A stretch of DNA of 64,000 nt from an uncultured Polyangiaceae bacterium (GCA_964196155.1 CAXMRP010000045.1:3373-67372), one strand, 5' to 3'. Shown: positions 11,235 to 21,593, counted from the stretch's first letter. Notes: a model not told the origin generated them from the letters alone. Made by a program: numbers and translations.

Positions 11235-13661
11235 ATGATTTTGAGAATTATTGGATACCTGTTCGGGGTCGGGGTGTTTATCGGCCTGTGCGTGGCGATC
11301 AGCATTGCCTACTACCTGCACAAAATGAACGCCGATCTGCCCGATTACGATGTGCTGGCCAAGTATGAGCCGCCAGTGATGACGCGCATTCATGCAGTCG
11401 ACGGCAATCTTGTCGCCGAATATGCGCGCGAGCGTCGGCTCTATCTGCCCATCCAGGCGATACCCAATCTGATCAAGGCGGCGTTTCTGTCAGCCGAGGA
11501 CAAGGGATTTTACGAACATGGCGGCATCTCGGTGCAGGGCATCGCCCGCGCCGTGGTGACCAATTTGCGCAATCGCGGCTCCAGCCGGCGGTTGGTCGGC
11601 GCCTCGACCATCACCCAGCAGGTCGCCAAGAATTTCCTGTTGACCAACGAAGTGTCTTACGAGCGAAAAATCAAGGAAGCGCTGCTGGCCATGCGCATCG
11701 AGCAGGCCTATTCCAAGGATCGCATTTTTGAACTTTATCTGAACGAGATTTACTTCGGTCTCGGCTCCTATGGCATTGCTGCCGCCGCGCTCAATTATTT
11801 CGACAAGTCCGTCAATGAACTGAATATTGGCGAGGCTGCCTACCTTGCCGCCTTGCCGAAGGGGCCGGAAAATTATCACCCGTTTCGCGATACCGAGCGG
11901 GCCATTGATCGGCGCAACTGGGTCATCGACCGGCTGACGGAAAATGGCTATATCCGCATCGGCGATGGCGATGAGGCCAAGGCCAAAGGCCTTGAGGTCA
12001 ATCCCCGGCCGCGCGGCACATACCTGTTCGCCTCCGAATTTTTTGCCGAGGAAGTCCGCCGCAATCTGCTCGAGATGTACGGTGAGGATAAGCTTTATGG
12101 CGGCGGCCTGTCGGTGCGCACCACCTTGGATCCGGAACTGCAGATTCTAGCCCGCAAGGCGCTGCAAAACGGCTTGGTTACCTACGACCAGAAAACTGGT
12201 TTCCGCGAACCCGTCACGACCATTTCCGTCGATGGCGACTGGGGGACGGCCCTGGGCAAGGTCGAAGATCTGTCCGACGTTCCCGAATGGCGCCTGGCCG
12301 CCGTGCTGGCAGTTGAAGACAGCGAGGCGGTGCTGGGCCTCCAGCCCGAGCGATTGTTGTCGGGAAAATTGTCCGATGAACGCCAGACCGCGCGCTTGCC
12401 GCTGGATCAGATGAAATGGGCAAAGCCCAAGCTTCGCCGCGTCTCCGATGTGCTGAACCGCGGTGACGTCATATTCGTGGAGGCCGTCGCCGATCAGCCC
12501 GGCGACTGGAAGCTGCGCCAGCCGCCGGAGGTGCAGGGCGGTCTGGTCGCCATGGACCCCTATACCGGCCGGGTACGGGCCATGGTTGGCGGCTTTTCGT
12601 TCAGCGAAAGCGAATTCAATCGCGCCAGCCAGGCCCAGCGTCAACCCGGCTCGTCGTTCAAACCGATTGTCTATGCCGCCGCCCTTGATAATGGCTACAC
12701 GCCCTCGTCGGTGGTGATGGACGCACCGATTGAAATCCAGTCGGGCGGTAAAATCTGGCGGCCGCAAAACTATGGCCGCGAGTTTTACGGGCCCTCGACC
12801 CTGCGGCTGGGTATTGAGCGTTCGCGCAACGTCATGACGGTCCGCCTTGCCAAGGATATGGGCATGCCGCTGGTGGCCGAATATGCACGCCGCTTTGGCA
12901 TCTATGACAATCTTCAACCGGTACTGGCGATGGCGCTCGGCGCTGGCGAGACGACCGTTCTCAAGATGGCAACCGCCTATTCAACCATTGCCAATGGCGG
13001 CCGCAAGATTACCCCGACGCTGATTGACCGTATCCAGGACCGCTTCGGGCGAACCATTTTCCGCCACGACCAGCGCGAGTGTCAGGGTTGCGACGCCACT
13101 GGCTGGCTGACCCAGGACGAACCGCGCCTGGTCGACAATCGCGAGCAGATCCTTGATCCGATGACGGCGTTCCAGATTACCTCCATGATGGAAGGCGTCG
13201 TCCAGCGCGGCACCGCCACCAAGGTTCGCGCTGTCGGTAAGCCGATTGCCGGCAAGACCGGCACAACCAACGATGCCAAGGACGCCTGGTTCATCGGCTT
13301 TTCGCCGGATCTGGTGACCGGTGTCTATATCGGCTTCGACAAGCCGCGCTCGCTCGGCCGCCGGGCGACAGGCGGCGCCATCGCCGCCCCGGTGTTCATC
13401 GAGTTCATGACCGCGGCACTGGCCGATGCGCCGCCGAAACCATTTCAGGCGCCGCCGGGCATCCAGCTCATTCCGGTCAACCGCAAGACCGGGCTTCGGG
13501 CCCAGGGCGGCGACGGCGTCATTCTGGAAGCCTTCAAGCCGGGCACCGAACCGCAGTCGAGCTACTCGATGATCGGTTATCAGGATTCCACCGGTCAGCC
13601 GTTGACCGTATCGCCTGAAGCCGATCGCGCCATAGGCCGCGGCACCGGCGGGCTTTACTGA
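11235..13661 (+). CDS. mrcA: penicillin-binding protein 1A (bifunctional glycosyltransferase/transpeptidase)
   Basis: GT51 motifs (AFLSAEDKGFYEHGG, GASTITQQVAKN, RKIKEAL) and transpeptidase motifs (SSFKP, KTGTTND). A GTG at 11220 is an alternative start. Confidence 0.93.
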   Translation: MILRIIGYLFGVGVFIGLCVAISIAYYLHKMNADLPDYDVLAKYEPPVMTRIHAVDGNLVAEYARERRLYLPIQAIPNLIKAAFLSAEDKGFYEHGGISVQGIARAVVTNLRNRGSSRRLVGASTITQQVAKNFLLTNEVSYERKIKEALLAMRIEQAYSKDRIFELYLNEIYFGLGSYGIAAAALNYFDKSVNELNIGEAAYLAALPKGPENYHPFRDTERAIDRRNWVIDRLTENGYIRIGDGDEAKAKGLEVNPRPRGTYLFASEFFAEEVRRNLLEMYGEDKLYGGGLSVRTTLDPELQILARKALQNGLVTYDQKTGFREPVTTISVDGDWGTALGKVEDLSDVPEWRLAAVLAVEDSEAVLGLQPERLLSGKLSDERQTARLPLDQMKWAKPKLRRVSDVLNRGDVIFVEAVADQPGDWKLRQPPEVQGGLVAMDPYTGRVRAMVGGFSFSESEFNRASQAQRQPGSSFKPIVYAAALDNGYTPSSVVMDAPIEIQSGGKIWRPQNYGREFYGPSTLRLGIERSRNVMTVRLAKDMGMPLVAEYARRFGIYDNLQPVLAMALGAGETTVLKMATAYSTIANGGRKITPTLIDRIQDRFGRTIFRHDQRECQGCDATGWLTQDEPRLVDNREQILDPMTAFQITSMMEGVVQRGTATKVRAVGKPIAGKTGTTNDAKDAWFIGFSPDLVTGVYIGFDKPRSLGRRATGGAIAAPVFIEFMTAALADAPPKPFQAPPGIQLIPVNRKTGLRAQGGDGVILEAFKPGTEPQSSYSMIGYQDSTGQPLTVSPEADRAIGRGTGGLY

Positions 13662-13701
13662 CACGCCATCACAACACAATTTGCGAAGCAGAATTGCATC
13701 G

Positions 13702-13808
13702 TTAGAGCGCATTCGGCAAAGTGGGAACCGGTTTTCGGATTAAAATGCGTGTAAAAACAAAAGATTAGAGCGTATTGAGTGATTCAATAATCGCGAAATA
13801 CGCTCTAG
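13702..13808 (+). repeat. full copy A of the ~105-bp double-hairpin intergenic repeat
   Basis: TTAGAGCGCATTCGGCAAAGTGGGAACCGGTTTTCGGATTAAAATGCGTGTAAAAACAAAAGATTAGAGCGTATTGAGTGATTCAATAATCGCGAAATACGCTCTAG. Hairpin 2 has a perfect 11-bp stem, TAGAGCGTATT/AATACGCTCTA. Confidence 0.85.
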
Positions 13809-13858
13809 CCGCACCAGATCGGCTGCGGCTTGCAGCAGGATTGAAATAAGGGGGCAGA

Positions 13859-14987
13859 ATGCGCGCCGAAATTCAGGCCATGGTCAACGATATCGGGGAA
13901 GCATTGGCCCTGATAAGGAGGCATCTTTGACTGGGATACTGCCGAAAAGAATCTCGCCGACCTGAACGACCGGGTCGAGGATCCTGACTTGTGGAACGAC
14001 CCCGCCGCCGCTCAAAAAATCATGCGCGAGCGCCAGCGCCTCGACAGTTCCATCGGCATCGTCAGGGAGCTTGAGACCGAACTTTCCGACAATCTCGAAC
14101 TGATCGAGATGGGTGAGTCCGAAGACGATAGCGGTATCGTCAATGAGGCCGAACGCGCCATCGCCAAACTGGCAGCCGGCATCGCCAAGCGCCAGATGGA
14201 AACTTTGTTGTCGGGCGAGGCCGATGCCAACGATGCCTATATCGAAGTCCATGCCGGGGCCGGCGGCACCGAAAGCCAGGATTGGGCCTCCATGTTGTTG
14301 CGCATGTATGTGCGCTGGGGCGAGCGCCGGGGCTTCGATGTCGAGACGCTGGAATATCATGCCGGAGAAGAAGCCGGCATCAAATCGGCAACCGTCCAGA
14401 TCAAGGGCGAAAATGCCTATGGCTGGGCCAAGACCGAATCCGGCGTTCATCGCCTGGTGCGCATTTCGCCGTTTGACAGCCAGTCGCGCCGCCACACCAG
14501 TTTTGCCAGCGTCTGGATTTACCCGGTGGTCGACGAAACCATCGATATCGAAGTATCCGAATCCGATGTCCGCATCGACACCTATCGCGCCTCCGGGGCA
14601 GGAGGCCAGCACGTCAACACCACCGATTCAGCCGTCCGCATCACCCACTTGCCGACCAACATCGTCGTCCAGTGCCAGAACCAGCGTTCCCAGCACAAAA
14701 ACCGCGCCACTGCCTGGTCGATGCTGAAGGCGCGGCTGTATGAAGAAGAACTGAAGCGCCGCGAGGAAGAGGCCAGCGCAGAAGCCGCATCCAAGACCGA
14801 GATTGGCTGGGGCCACCAGATCCGCTCCTACGTGTTGCAGCCCTATCAATTGGTCAAGGACCTGCGCACCGGGGTTGAGCACACCACCCCCGATTCAGTG
14901 CTCGACGGCGATCTTGACCGGTTCATGGAGGCCTCACTGGCGCAAAATATCTCTGGCAAGAAAAACGAAGTGACGGATCTGGACTAA
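13859..14987 (+). CDS. prfB: peptide chain release factor 2, expressed through a programmed +1 frameshift at 13925-13931
   Basis: Frame-0 [26 protein letters not shown] ends at TGA 13928-13930. The +1 frame continues [24 protein letters not shown]..., includes the SPF and GGQ motifs, and runs to 14987. The ORF track only shows 13989..14987. Confidence 0.95.
13916..13931 (+). other. RF2 recoding signal (SD-like element plus slippery CUU UGA C)
   Basis: AGGAGG CAT CTT TGA C, compared with E. coli AGGGGG TAT CTT TGA C. Confidence 0.9.
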
Positions 14988-15017
14988 TCCAGACTGCGGT
15001 GGATTGAACCAAAACCG

Positions 15018-15124
15018 CTAGAGAGTATTTCGTGAATTCTGATTCACTCGATACGCTCTAACTCTTTGTATTTGCGGGCATTTTAGTCCGAAAACCGGTT
15101 CCTACTTTTCGGAATGCACTCAGA
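15018..15124 (-). repeat. full copy B of the intergenic repeat, inverted relative to copy A
   Basis: Its reverse complement reads GAGTGCATTCCGAAAAGTAGGAACCGGTTTTCGGACTAAAATGCCCGCAAATACAAAGAGTTAGAGCGTATCGAGTGAATCAGAATTCACGAAATACTCTCTAG. It lies between the convergent prfB and M23 peptidase genes. Confidence 0.85.
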
Positions 15125-15135
15125 AAAATACGCGC

Positions 15136-16473
15136 CTAAAGCGACCGCCGTGCCGCCAGATAGAGTGAGGGATTGATCGCTTTGTCGCCGCGCCGGGTTT
15201 CATAGTGCAAATGCGGTCCGGTGGAGCGGCCGGTTGAACCGACCCGGCCGATCACCGCGCCGGCGTCGATCATCATGCCCTTCTTCACCGAAATACGCGA
15301 CATGTGCGCGTAGCGGGTGGTCAGTCCGTGGGCGTGACGGACTTCCACCATCTTGCCATAGCCGCCATTGCGTGCCGCAAATGTGACTTTACCCGCAGCC
15401 GTTGCGCGAACCGGCGTACCCTTTTTGGCGCGAAAATCGATGCCACCGTGAAAGGCGGGCCGTTTCAGGAAAGGATCCATGCGCCGCCCGAAGCGGCTTG
15501 TTGTCGCCGCGCCCGGTATGGGACTGCCAAGCGGCAGGGTGGCAGTAGATTTCCGGATCTTGCGGATATGTTCGAGTGAATCGTCCAGCGCCGCCACCTT
15601 TTCGACAAACGCGAACCGGTCAACCGGAATAAACGGACCACCGCTGGCCGAACCTGTGGTGATGGCGGCAAACGGTGACAGCGGAGGGGCCGCCGGCGGC
15701 TTGACCCCGAGCCGCTTGATCGCCCTGACTAGGCGCAGTGTTTCGCGTTCGGAAGCAGCGCGCAACACATCGAGCGAAGCAATTTGCAAACCTTCGGCCC
15801 GGTCCAGCGACGACTGGATGTCCTTCAGGACTGGGCGCAGTTTCTCCGGGTCGGCATCAGGATCGCCGGCAGGATCAAAGGGATTGCGCAAGGACGGTCG
15901 AACCGCGCCATCATCGAAAACCGGTTTTTTGATCGACCCGGTGACAAGATCGTCGCCGACCGCGCCATCACCAGTTGTGTCGAGGCCGGGCGCTGTCTCA
16001 GCCAGCTCCGTGCCTTCGCTGTCAGGCCGGGGCAGGGGTTTCGGCATGGCGGCAATGGTAATCCCTTCCTTGCGCGCCTGTGCGATCAGTTCGTCAAGCA
16101 GGACCTGCCGGCGATCAATGACATCTTGCCGGTCAAGCAGCGTTCCCACCTGGGTTTCGATGCTCTGGTTCTCAACCAGATGCCGGCTGGTGACCCGGTC
16201 GATCTCCGATCGCAGCAAGGCGATCCGGTCCTCATAGGCGTATTGGATTTCCGCTTGCCGGGCGAGCGTACCGTCCAGAATATCATCGCGATAAAGAAGA
16301 TATCCCGTAGCGCCCAGATAGCCGAAGCCGAAGGTCAGAAATACGCTGATGATTGAGCCGAACAGCCATGGCCGGACCGTATAGGTGCGAACCGTGTTGC
16401 CCCGGGTGATGATGATTTGCGGCAATTCCTTGCGCCGGCCAAAGCCGCGATTTTTCTGGGAAGGGTGCACCAT
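15136..16473 (-). CDS. M23-family (LytM-type) metallopeptidase with N-terminal membrane anchor and coiled-coil region
   Basis: C-terminal HGGIDFRAKKGTPV...GSTGRSTGPHLHYE zinc-binding motifs of peptidase M23. Confidence 0.88.
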   Translation of the reverse strand: MVHPSQKNRGFGRRKELPQIIITRGNTVRTYTVRPWLFGSIISVFLTFGFGYLGATGYLLYRDDILDGTLARQAEIQYAYEDRIALLRSEIDRVTSRHLVENQSIETQVGTLLDRQDVIDRRQVLLDELIAQARKEGITIAAMPKPLPRPDSEGTELAETAPGLDTTGDGAVGDDLVTGSIKKPVFDDGAVRPSLRNPFDPAGDPDADPEKLRPVLKDIQSSLDRAEGLQIASLDVLRAASERETLRLVRAIKRLGVKPPAAPPLSPFAAITTGSASGGPFIPVDRFAFVEKVAALDDSLEHIRKIRKSTATLPLGSPIPGAATTSRFGRRMDPFLKRPAFHGGIDFRAKKGTPVRATAAGKVTFAARNGGYGKMVEVRHAHGLTTRYAHMSRISVKKGMMIDAGAVIGRVGSTGRSTGPHLHYETRRGDKAINPSLYLAARRSL

Positions 16474-16854
16474 GATCCGCCGAACAGTGATTGAAGAAAG
16501 TGTCAGCGCCTATGATGATCAAAGAAGGTTAACGCGGGGTTTTATCAAGGTTAACAGATCGTATTTTTGTCGGTCTTGTGACCGCTGTGCACCAGCAAGC
16601 CCGGCCAATCGCAAGGTATTTCCGGAAGAACCGAAAAGCGCAGGCGGGCCTGATGGCGGCGACTTGCTGGCAATCTGGGTCGCGTTGTCGCCCTTGTTTA
16701 GTCGCATTTCGCCGCAAACACAGGATCGGCAATGCTTTAACGGTTCCACAGATGGACGCGAATACCGGACCGTTCTATTCTACCGCTGATAAGTTCGAAC
16801 TGATTCCTGTCGGACCAAGGCGAACACGGGGTGCGGCGATAATTTGGAGCAAGT

Positions 16855-19800
16855 GTGTTCACGCAGCCTGGATATGACGATTTTGATGGTCAGATGCCGC
16901 CAAATCGCCGCACGGCGCGTTGGCGTCGACGGTTTATGTTGTCCTTTGCCGCGGCGTTGCTGTTCTTCGGTGTCGCGATCACGATCCTGTATTTTCAGGT
17001 CACCCGCAGCGCGCTCAATCTGGAATTTGTCCGCACCCAGTTCGAAAACGCCCTGCAAAACCGTTTGCCGCCCGCCGTCCAGGTCAATGTAGACGCGGCC
17101 TATCTGTCCTACCGCTCGGACGTTGGCCTGATCGCCCAGGCTCGCGATCTGGCCATTGATATTCCCGGTCGCGCCACAATTCGCATTCGCTCGGTTGATG
17201 CGACTGCCAATGTTACCGACCTGTTTTCCGCCCATTTCAATCCCCATACCCTGGCCGCCGAAGGGCTGGATATTACGCTAACGCCGTTGCGCGCAACGGC
17301 CTCCACCGCACCGCGCATCGATCAGGTCCGCACCACTGCCGAACTTGTCGCAAGAGCCATTGTCGATGCCGATACCGGCCTGCGCAATGCCGGCTATCAG
17401 GAACTGCGGGTATCAGACCTGGCGATCAGTGTGGTGCCGACGCTGGAGGACAGTTCCAACAATTCCCAGGCGGACAGCGCCAGCCTGTCTCGCACCGAGG
17501 ACACCCAACAACTAAGCGGCCTTGCCGAACCGGGCCGGCGGCTCCTCGTCCAGCGGATCACCGAAACCCGGTGGGCGCCGCTGGAGCCTGGACGCAGTAA
17601 AATCTGGTCGCAGATTGGCCAGGGCGGCGACGAAGTTGTCTTCAAGATCGAACGGATAACCGATGAGGAGGGCAACCACCGGGTCGAGGCTTTTCTCGAC
17701 CAGTTTCCTGCCGCCATGCTGTTGCCCGCGCTTGGCGACCCCAACGGCCCGGTACAATTCGATGCGCTCGGGTCCTTGCGGGCGCTTATCGATCTTGGCG
17801 CAGATGGCAATTTTGGCAGCATGCGGGCGCGGTTGACGCTTGGCGCCGGCGAATTCCTGTTTAATCGCAAGCATCATTCCACCATTGATGGCGCTGATCT
17901 GTTTGCCGAAATCGGAACCAGTGATGATCAGTTGGCGTTGCGCCGGGGGCTTTTGTATTTTGGCCTCAGCCAGTTCCAGATTTCCGGCGGGATAGACTTG
18001 CGCTCGCCGGGCGAGCCGATCGCCATCGGTTTGCGTCTGGGAGAGAGCTTTGTACCGGTGCTCGGCGACAGTGGTGCGGCGACGGTTCGGCTGGCTGGCG
18101 GCAGAATTGCTGCCACGCTTGACCCGGAAATCTGGAATTTCGAGATCGAACGACTGGAGGTTACCGGATCGGCGGGCAAACTTGCCATGTTGGGAAATAT
18201 TCAGTTCGGCGGTGACAGTCCCGGTGTCGCACTGGCGATCCAGCTGGCCCAGGCTGATGTCGCCATGGTCCACGGCCTTTGGCCGGCGTTTGTGGCGGGC
18301 AAGGCCCGCAAATGGTTCAAAAACAACATACGCGCTGGCAGGATCGGTCCAGGTCTGGTCCAGGTGGCGTTGCCCATGGACGAATTGCGCAAGCGTAACC
18401 GCATCGACCCGATACCCGACTACGCGGTCGCCGGCACTGTGGATTTCTCAAGCACCGACTTTACCCCCTTGCCATTTTTTCCTGAAATATCCGATGCAGC
18501 CGGCAGTCTGACATTTGAAAATTCCACAACGACAATCGTCCTGAAAAGTGGCACTTCCCTAATCAAAGGTCGTGGCGCGCTGGATGTCACCGGCAGCAGC
18601 ATCGCCATTCCGCGCATGGCCGCACCCTCTCCGATCGGTGAAATCGATTTGCGATTGTCCGGACCGATCGCCGCAATTGCGCAAGTTGCCGATGCCGGGC
18701 CGCTCAATGCCGCCTCCGGCCGCGACATTGACGCAGCGGCCCTGAGTGGCACCGGGCAGTTGGCTCTGAAAGTCGACGTGCCGATGTCCGGCGGCGATGC
18801 ACTGTCTGACCTTGCCCCGGAATTTGAACTGGCACTCACTGATTTCACCAGCAGCGAACCGCTGGATGGCCGCAAGATATCGGGCGCAAGCCTTGTCCTC
18901 AAAGGCAATCCCGATACGTTTTCGATCACCGGGAACGCCATCGTCGATGGTATCCCCGCCGATCTGGCAATGGTCTCCGGAAGCGCCGCTGAGGGCAATG
19001 TGGTCAAACTCACACTCGACGACAAAACCCGGCGGCGGCTGGGATTTGATCTGGGCAGCCTGCTCACTGGTCCTGTTACAGCCACTTTCGCGCCGACAGA
19101 CACGCCGGAAAAACGGAAAATAATTCTCGACCTGCAAGATGCCCGTATCAACTTGCCCTTTGCCGCCTGGGAAAAAGGCTTCGGTGTCGCCGGCAAGGCC
19201 GAGTTCATTTTCCACGAGTCGCCCAAAGGGTCGCGGATGGACAATATTGTCCTCAGTGGCCGCGGTTTCCGTGCGACAGGCAATGTCAGACTGAAGCCGG
19301 ATGGCGGCATCGCCAGCATGAATCTCGACAAGGTGACCTTGCGTCCTGGCGATAATTTCTCTGTTGCCATGACAGCCGATGGCAAGGGTTATGATATCAA
19401 GATTGCCGGCCAGTCCTTTGATGCGAGGGGGTTGATATCCCGTCTGAAAACAGATTCCAGCACCAAGGGCTGGGATCTGCCCGGCCTGAAACTTGCCATC
19501 AACTTGAAAAAACTGAACGGCCACAACCGGGTCGCCCTGCACAATCTCAAAGGTAGCGTCCGGTTTGCCGGCGGCCGAATTCGCGCCTTGTCGTTTGCCG
19601 GTACGACCGGCAAGGCGCAGCCCTTCAACTGGGAGATTATCGAAAAAGGCGAGACCCGCAGCCTGTCTTTCCGCTCCGCCAATGGCGGTGCGGCGCTGCG
19701 GTTTGCTGATCTTTACACCAGGATCCTCGGCGGCGAACTGGATCTGCGACAGGACGGGCCGAAAAGCGGAGACTTTGCTGCCGGCGGCCTGGTACTGCGC

Positions 19801-20256
19801 AATTTCCGGGTGATCAACGAGCGCGTACTGGCACAAGCGGTGCGTTCCAATACCGGATCGGAATCCACAGCTGTCCGCGATGATGTCCGCCGCAAGGTCA
19901 ATGCGGCCAACCTGGTATTTTCCGTTCTCCAGATCCCGTTTCGCCGCGATGGCGATGTCATTTCGCTCAACAAGGCTGCATTGCGCGGTCCGGCGATTGG
20001 CGGAACCGCCACGGGAACCGTCAATCTGGAAGACCGCCAGATTGCCATCAGCGGCACATTCATCCCGATCTATGGCATCAACAATATTGCCGGTTCGATC
20101 CCGCTGATCGGTGCCATCCTTGGTGGCGGCAGGAACGAAGGCCTGATTGGCCTGACCTATCGGATTTTTGGCCCGCTGGACGCGCCGACATTGCAGATGA
20201 ACCCGGTTTCGGTGATCGCGCCGGGGATATTCCGCAAGATATTCGAGTTCCGTTGA
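16855..20256 (+). CDS. large AsmA/YhdP-like (DUF3971-type) envelope protein
   Basis: 1133 aa with a single N-terminal TM segment, a long beta-rich body, and the C-terminus GRNEGLIGLTYRIFGPLDAPTLQMNPVSVIAPGIFRKIFEF typical of AsmA-like C-terminal regions. Family recognised from memory only. Start is GTG 16855 or ATG 16894. Confidence 0.7.
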   Translation: MFTQPGYDDFDGQMPPNRRTARWRRRFMLSFAAALLFFGVAITILYFQVTRSALNLEFVRTQFENALQNRLPPAVQVNVDAAYLSYRSDVGLIAQARDLAIDIPGRATIRIRSVDATANVTDLFSAHFNPHTLAAEGLDITLTPLRATASTAPRIDQVRTTAELVARAIVDADTGLRNAGYQELRVSDLAISVVPTLEDSSNNSQADSASLSRTEDTQQLSGLAEPGRRLLVQRITETRWAPLEPGRSKIWSQIGQGGDEVVFKIERITDEEGNHRVEAFLDQFPAAMLLPALGDPNGPVQFDALGSLRALIDLGADGNFGSMRARLTLGAGEFLFNRKHHSTIDGADLFAEIGTSDDQLALRRGLLYFGLSQFQISGGIDLRSPGEPIAIGLRLGESFVPVLGDSGAATVRLAGGRIAATLDPEIWNFEIERLEVTGSAGKLAMLGNIQFGGDSPGVALAIQLAQADVAMVHGLWPAFVAGKARKWFKNNIRAGRIGPGLVQVALPMDELRKRNRIDPIPDYAVAGTVDFSSTDFTPLPFFPEISDAAGSLTFENSTTTIVLKSGTSLIKGRGALDVTGSSIAIPRMAAPSPIGEIDLRLSGPIAAIAQVADAGPLNAASGRDIDAAALSGTGQLALKVDVPMSGGDALSDLAPEFELALTDFTSSEPLDGRKISGASLVLKGNPDTFSITGNAIVDGIPADLAMVSGSAAEGNVVKLTLDDKTRRRLGFDLGSLLTGPVTATFAPTDTPEKRKIILDLQDARINLPFAAWEKGFGVAGKAEFIFHESPKGSRMDNIVLSGRGFRATGNVRLKPDGGIASMNLDKVTLRPGDNFSVAMTADGKGYDIKIAGQSFDARGLISRLKTDSSTKGWDLPGLKLAINLKKLNGHNRVALHNLKGSVRFAGGRIRALSFAGTTGKAQPFNWEIIEKGETRSLSFRSANGGAALRFADLYTRILGGELDLRQDGPKSGDFAAGGLVLRNFRVINERVLAQAVRSNTGSESTAVRDDVRRKVNAANLVFSVLQIPFRRDGDVISLNKAALRGPAIGGTATGTVNLEDRQIAISGTFIPIYGINNIAGSIPLIGAILGGGRNEGLIGLTYRIFGPLDAPTLQMNPVSVIAPGIFRKIFEFR

Positions 20257-20333
20257 TCAAAGCCGCTTCTTTCACGGCTGCATGGCAGCGCAACTGATTG
20301 CGGCGAAACGTATTCCGAATTCTGGAATGCACG

Positions 20334-21593
20334 CTAGCCGTCGGAGACCTTGATGAGCGCGTGCTTCTTGCGGCCGAGCGACAGTTTGATCTGACCCTCC
20401 TCGGACAGGTCAGCCAGGGAGAGATTGGCCCGTTCATCGCTCACCGCCACGTCGTTGACGCGGATGGAGCCACCGCGGATTTGCCGGCGTACCTCGCCGT
20501 TGGACGCGGCAAGGCCGGCCTCGACAAAGGCCGATAACAGGCCAATTTCCGCCTCAAGCCTGGCTGATGTCACCGATACCGTGGGCAGCGCATCGCCGGC
20601 GCCGCCGGCCTCGAAGGTCTGCCGCGCGGTTTCCGCCGCCGCATCTGCCGCGGCCCGTCCATGGACCATGGCCGTGGCTTCATTTGCCAGAATTTTCTTG
20701 GCCTCGTTCAGTTCCGCGCCGTCCAGCGCGCCCAGCCGATTGGTTTCATCGACTGGCAGCACCGTGAAGAGTTTCAAAAAACGCCCGACATCGCTGTCCT
20801 CGGTGTTACGCCAGAACTGCCAGTAATCGTAGGGCGACAGCATGGCGTCCGAGAGCCAGATGGCACCTTTCGCCGTCTTTCCCATCTTGGCGCCCGACGA
20901 TGTGGTGATCAGCGGGCATGTCAGGGCAAACAATGAGGGCGTACCCGCCCGCCGGCCCAGATCGACACCGGAGATGATGTTGCCCCACTGGTCCGAACCA
21001 CCCATCTGCAGGCGGCAATCATGGCGCCGGTTCAGCTCGACAAAGTCATAGGCCTGGAGCACCATATAATTGAATTCCAGGAACGACAGATGCTGCTCGC
21101 GCTCCAGCCGCATCCGCACCGAATCGCGTTGGAGCATGGCGTTGACCGAAAAATGCGAACCGAATTCGCGCAGGAACGCGACATAGTTCAGGTCGAGCAG
21201 CCATTCGGCATTGTCGAGCATCAGCGCGTCTTGCGCACCGCCGCCAAAATTTAGAAACTTATCGAAGACTGTCTTGATACGGTCCTTGTTGGCCTGGATA
21301 CGCGCGACCGACAAAAGCTGACGCGCGTCGTCCTTGCCCGACGGATCACCAATCATCGTCGTACCGCCACCCATCAGCGCGATTGGACGGTGGCCGGTCT
21401 GCTGCATCCAGTAGAGCAGCATGATGCCCATCAAATTGCCGATATGCAGGCTTTCCGCTGTGCAATCAAAGCCGATATATCCGGTCACACGGCCAGCCTT
21501 GGCCAGCTCGTCGAGGCCCTCGGCATCCGACATTTGATGGATAAATCCGCGCTCGGATAACACAGACAGAAACTCGGATCGAAACTGGGTCAT
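20334..21593 (-). CDS. tyrS: tyrosyl-tRNA synthetase
   Basis: Class I motifs: HIGN (LHIGNLMG) and KMGKT ([10 protein letters not shown]), plus a C-terminal S4-like domain. ATG 21593 is preferred over 21644. Confidence 0.94.
   Translation of the reverse strand: MTQFRSEFLSVLSERGFIHQMSDAEGLDELAKAGRVTGYIGFDCTAESLHIGNLMGIMLLYWMQQTGHRPIALMGGGTTMIGDPSGKDDARQLLSVARIQANKDRIKTVFDKFLNFGGGAQDALMLDNAEWLLDLNYVAFLREFGSHFSVNAMLQRDSVRMRLEREQHLSFLEFNYMVLQAYDFVELNRRHDCRLQMGGSDQWGNIISGVDLGRRAGTPSLFALTCPLITTSSGAKMGKTAKGAIWLSDAMLSPYDYWQFWRNTEDSDVGRFLKLFTVLPVDETNRLGALDGAELNEAKKILANEATAMVHGRAAADAAAETARQTFEAGGAGDALPTVSVTSARLEAEIGLLSAFVEAGLAASNGEVRRQIRGGSIRVNDVAVSDERANLSLADLSEEGQIKLSLGRKKHALIKVSDG

Noticed and set aside
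18420-19836. 321-aa and 425-aa ORFs antisense to the AsmA-like gene
   Set aside because: These are antisense GC artefacts. Their composition is dominated by Arg/Ala/Gly/Ser. The sense-strand gene is continuous and has a family-typical C-terminus.
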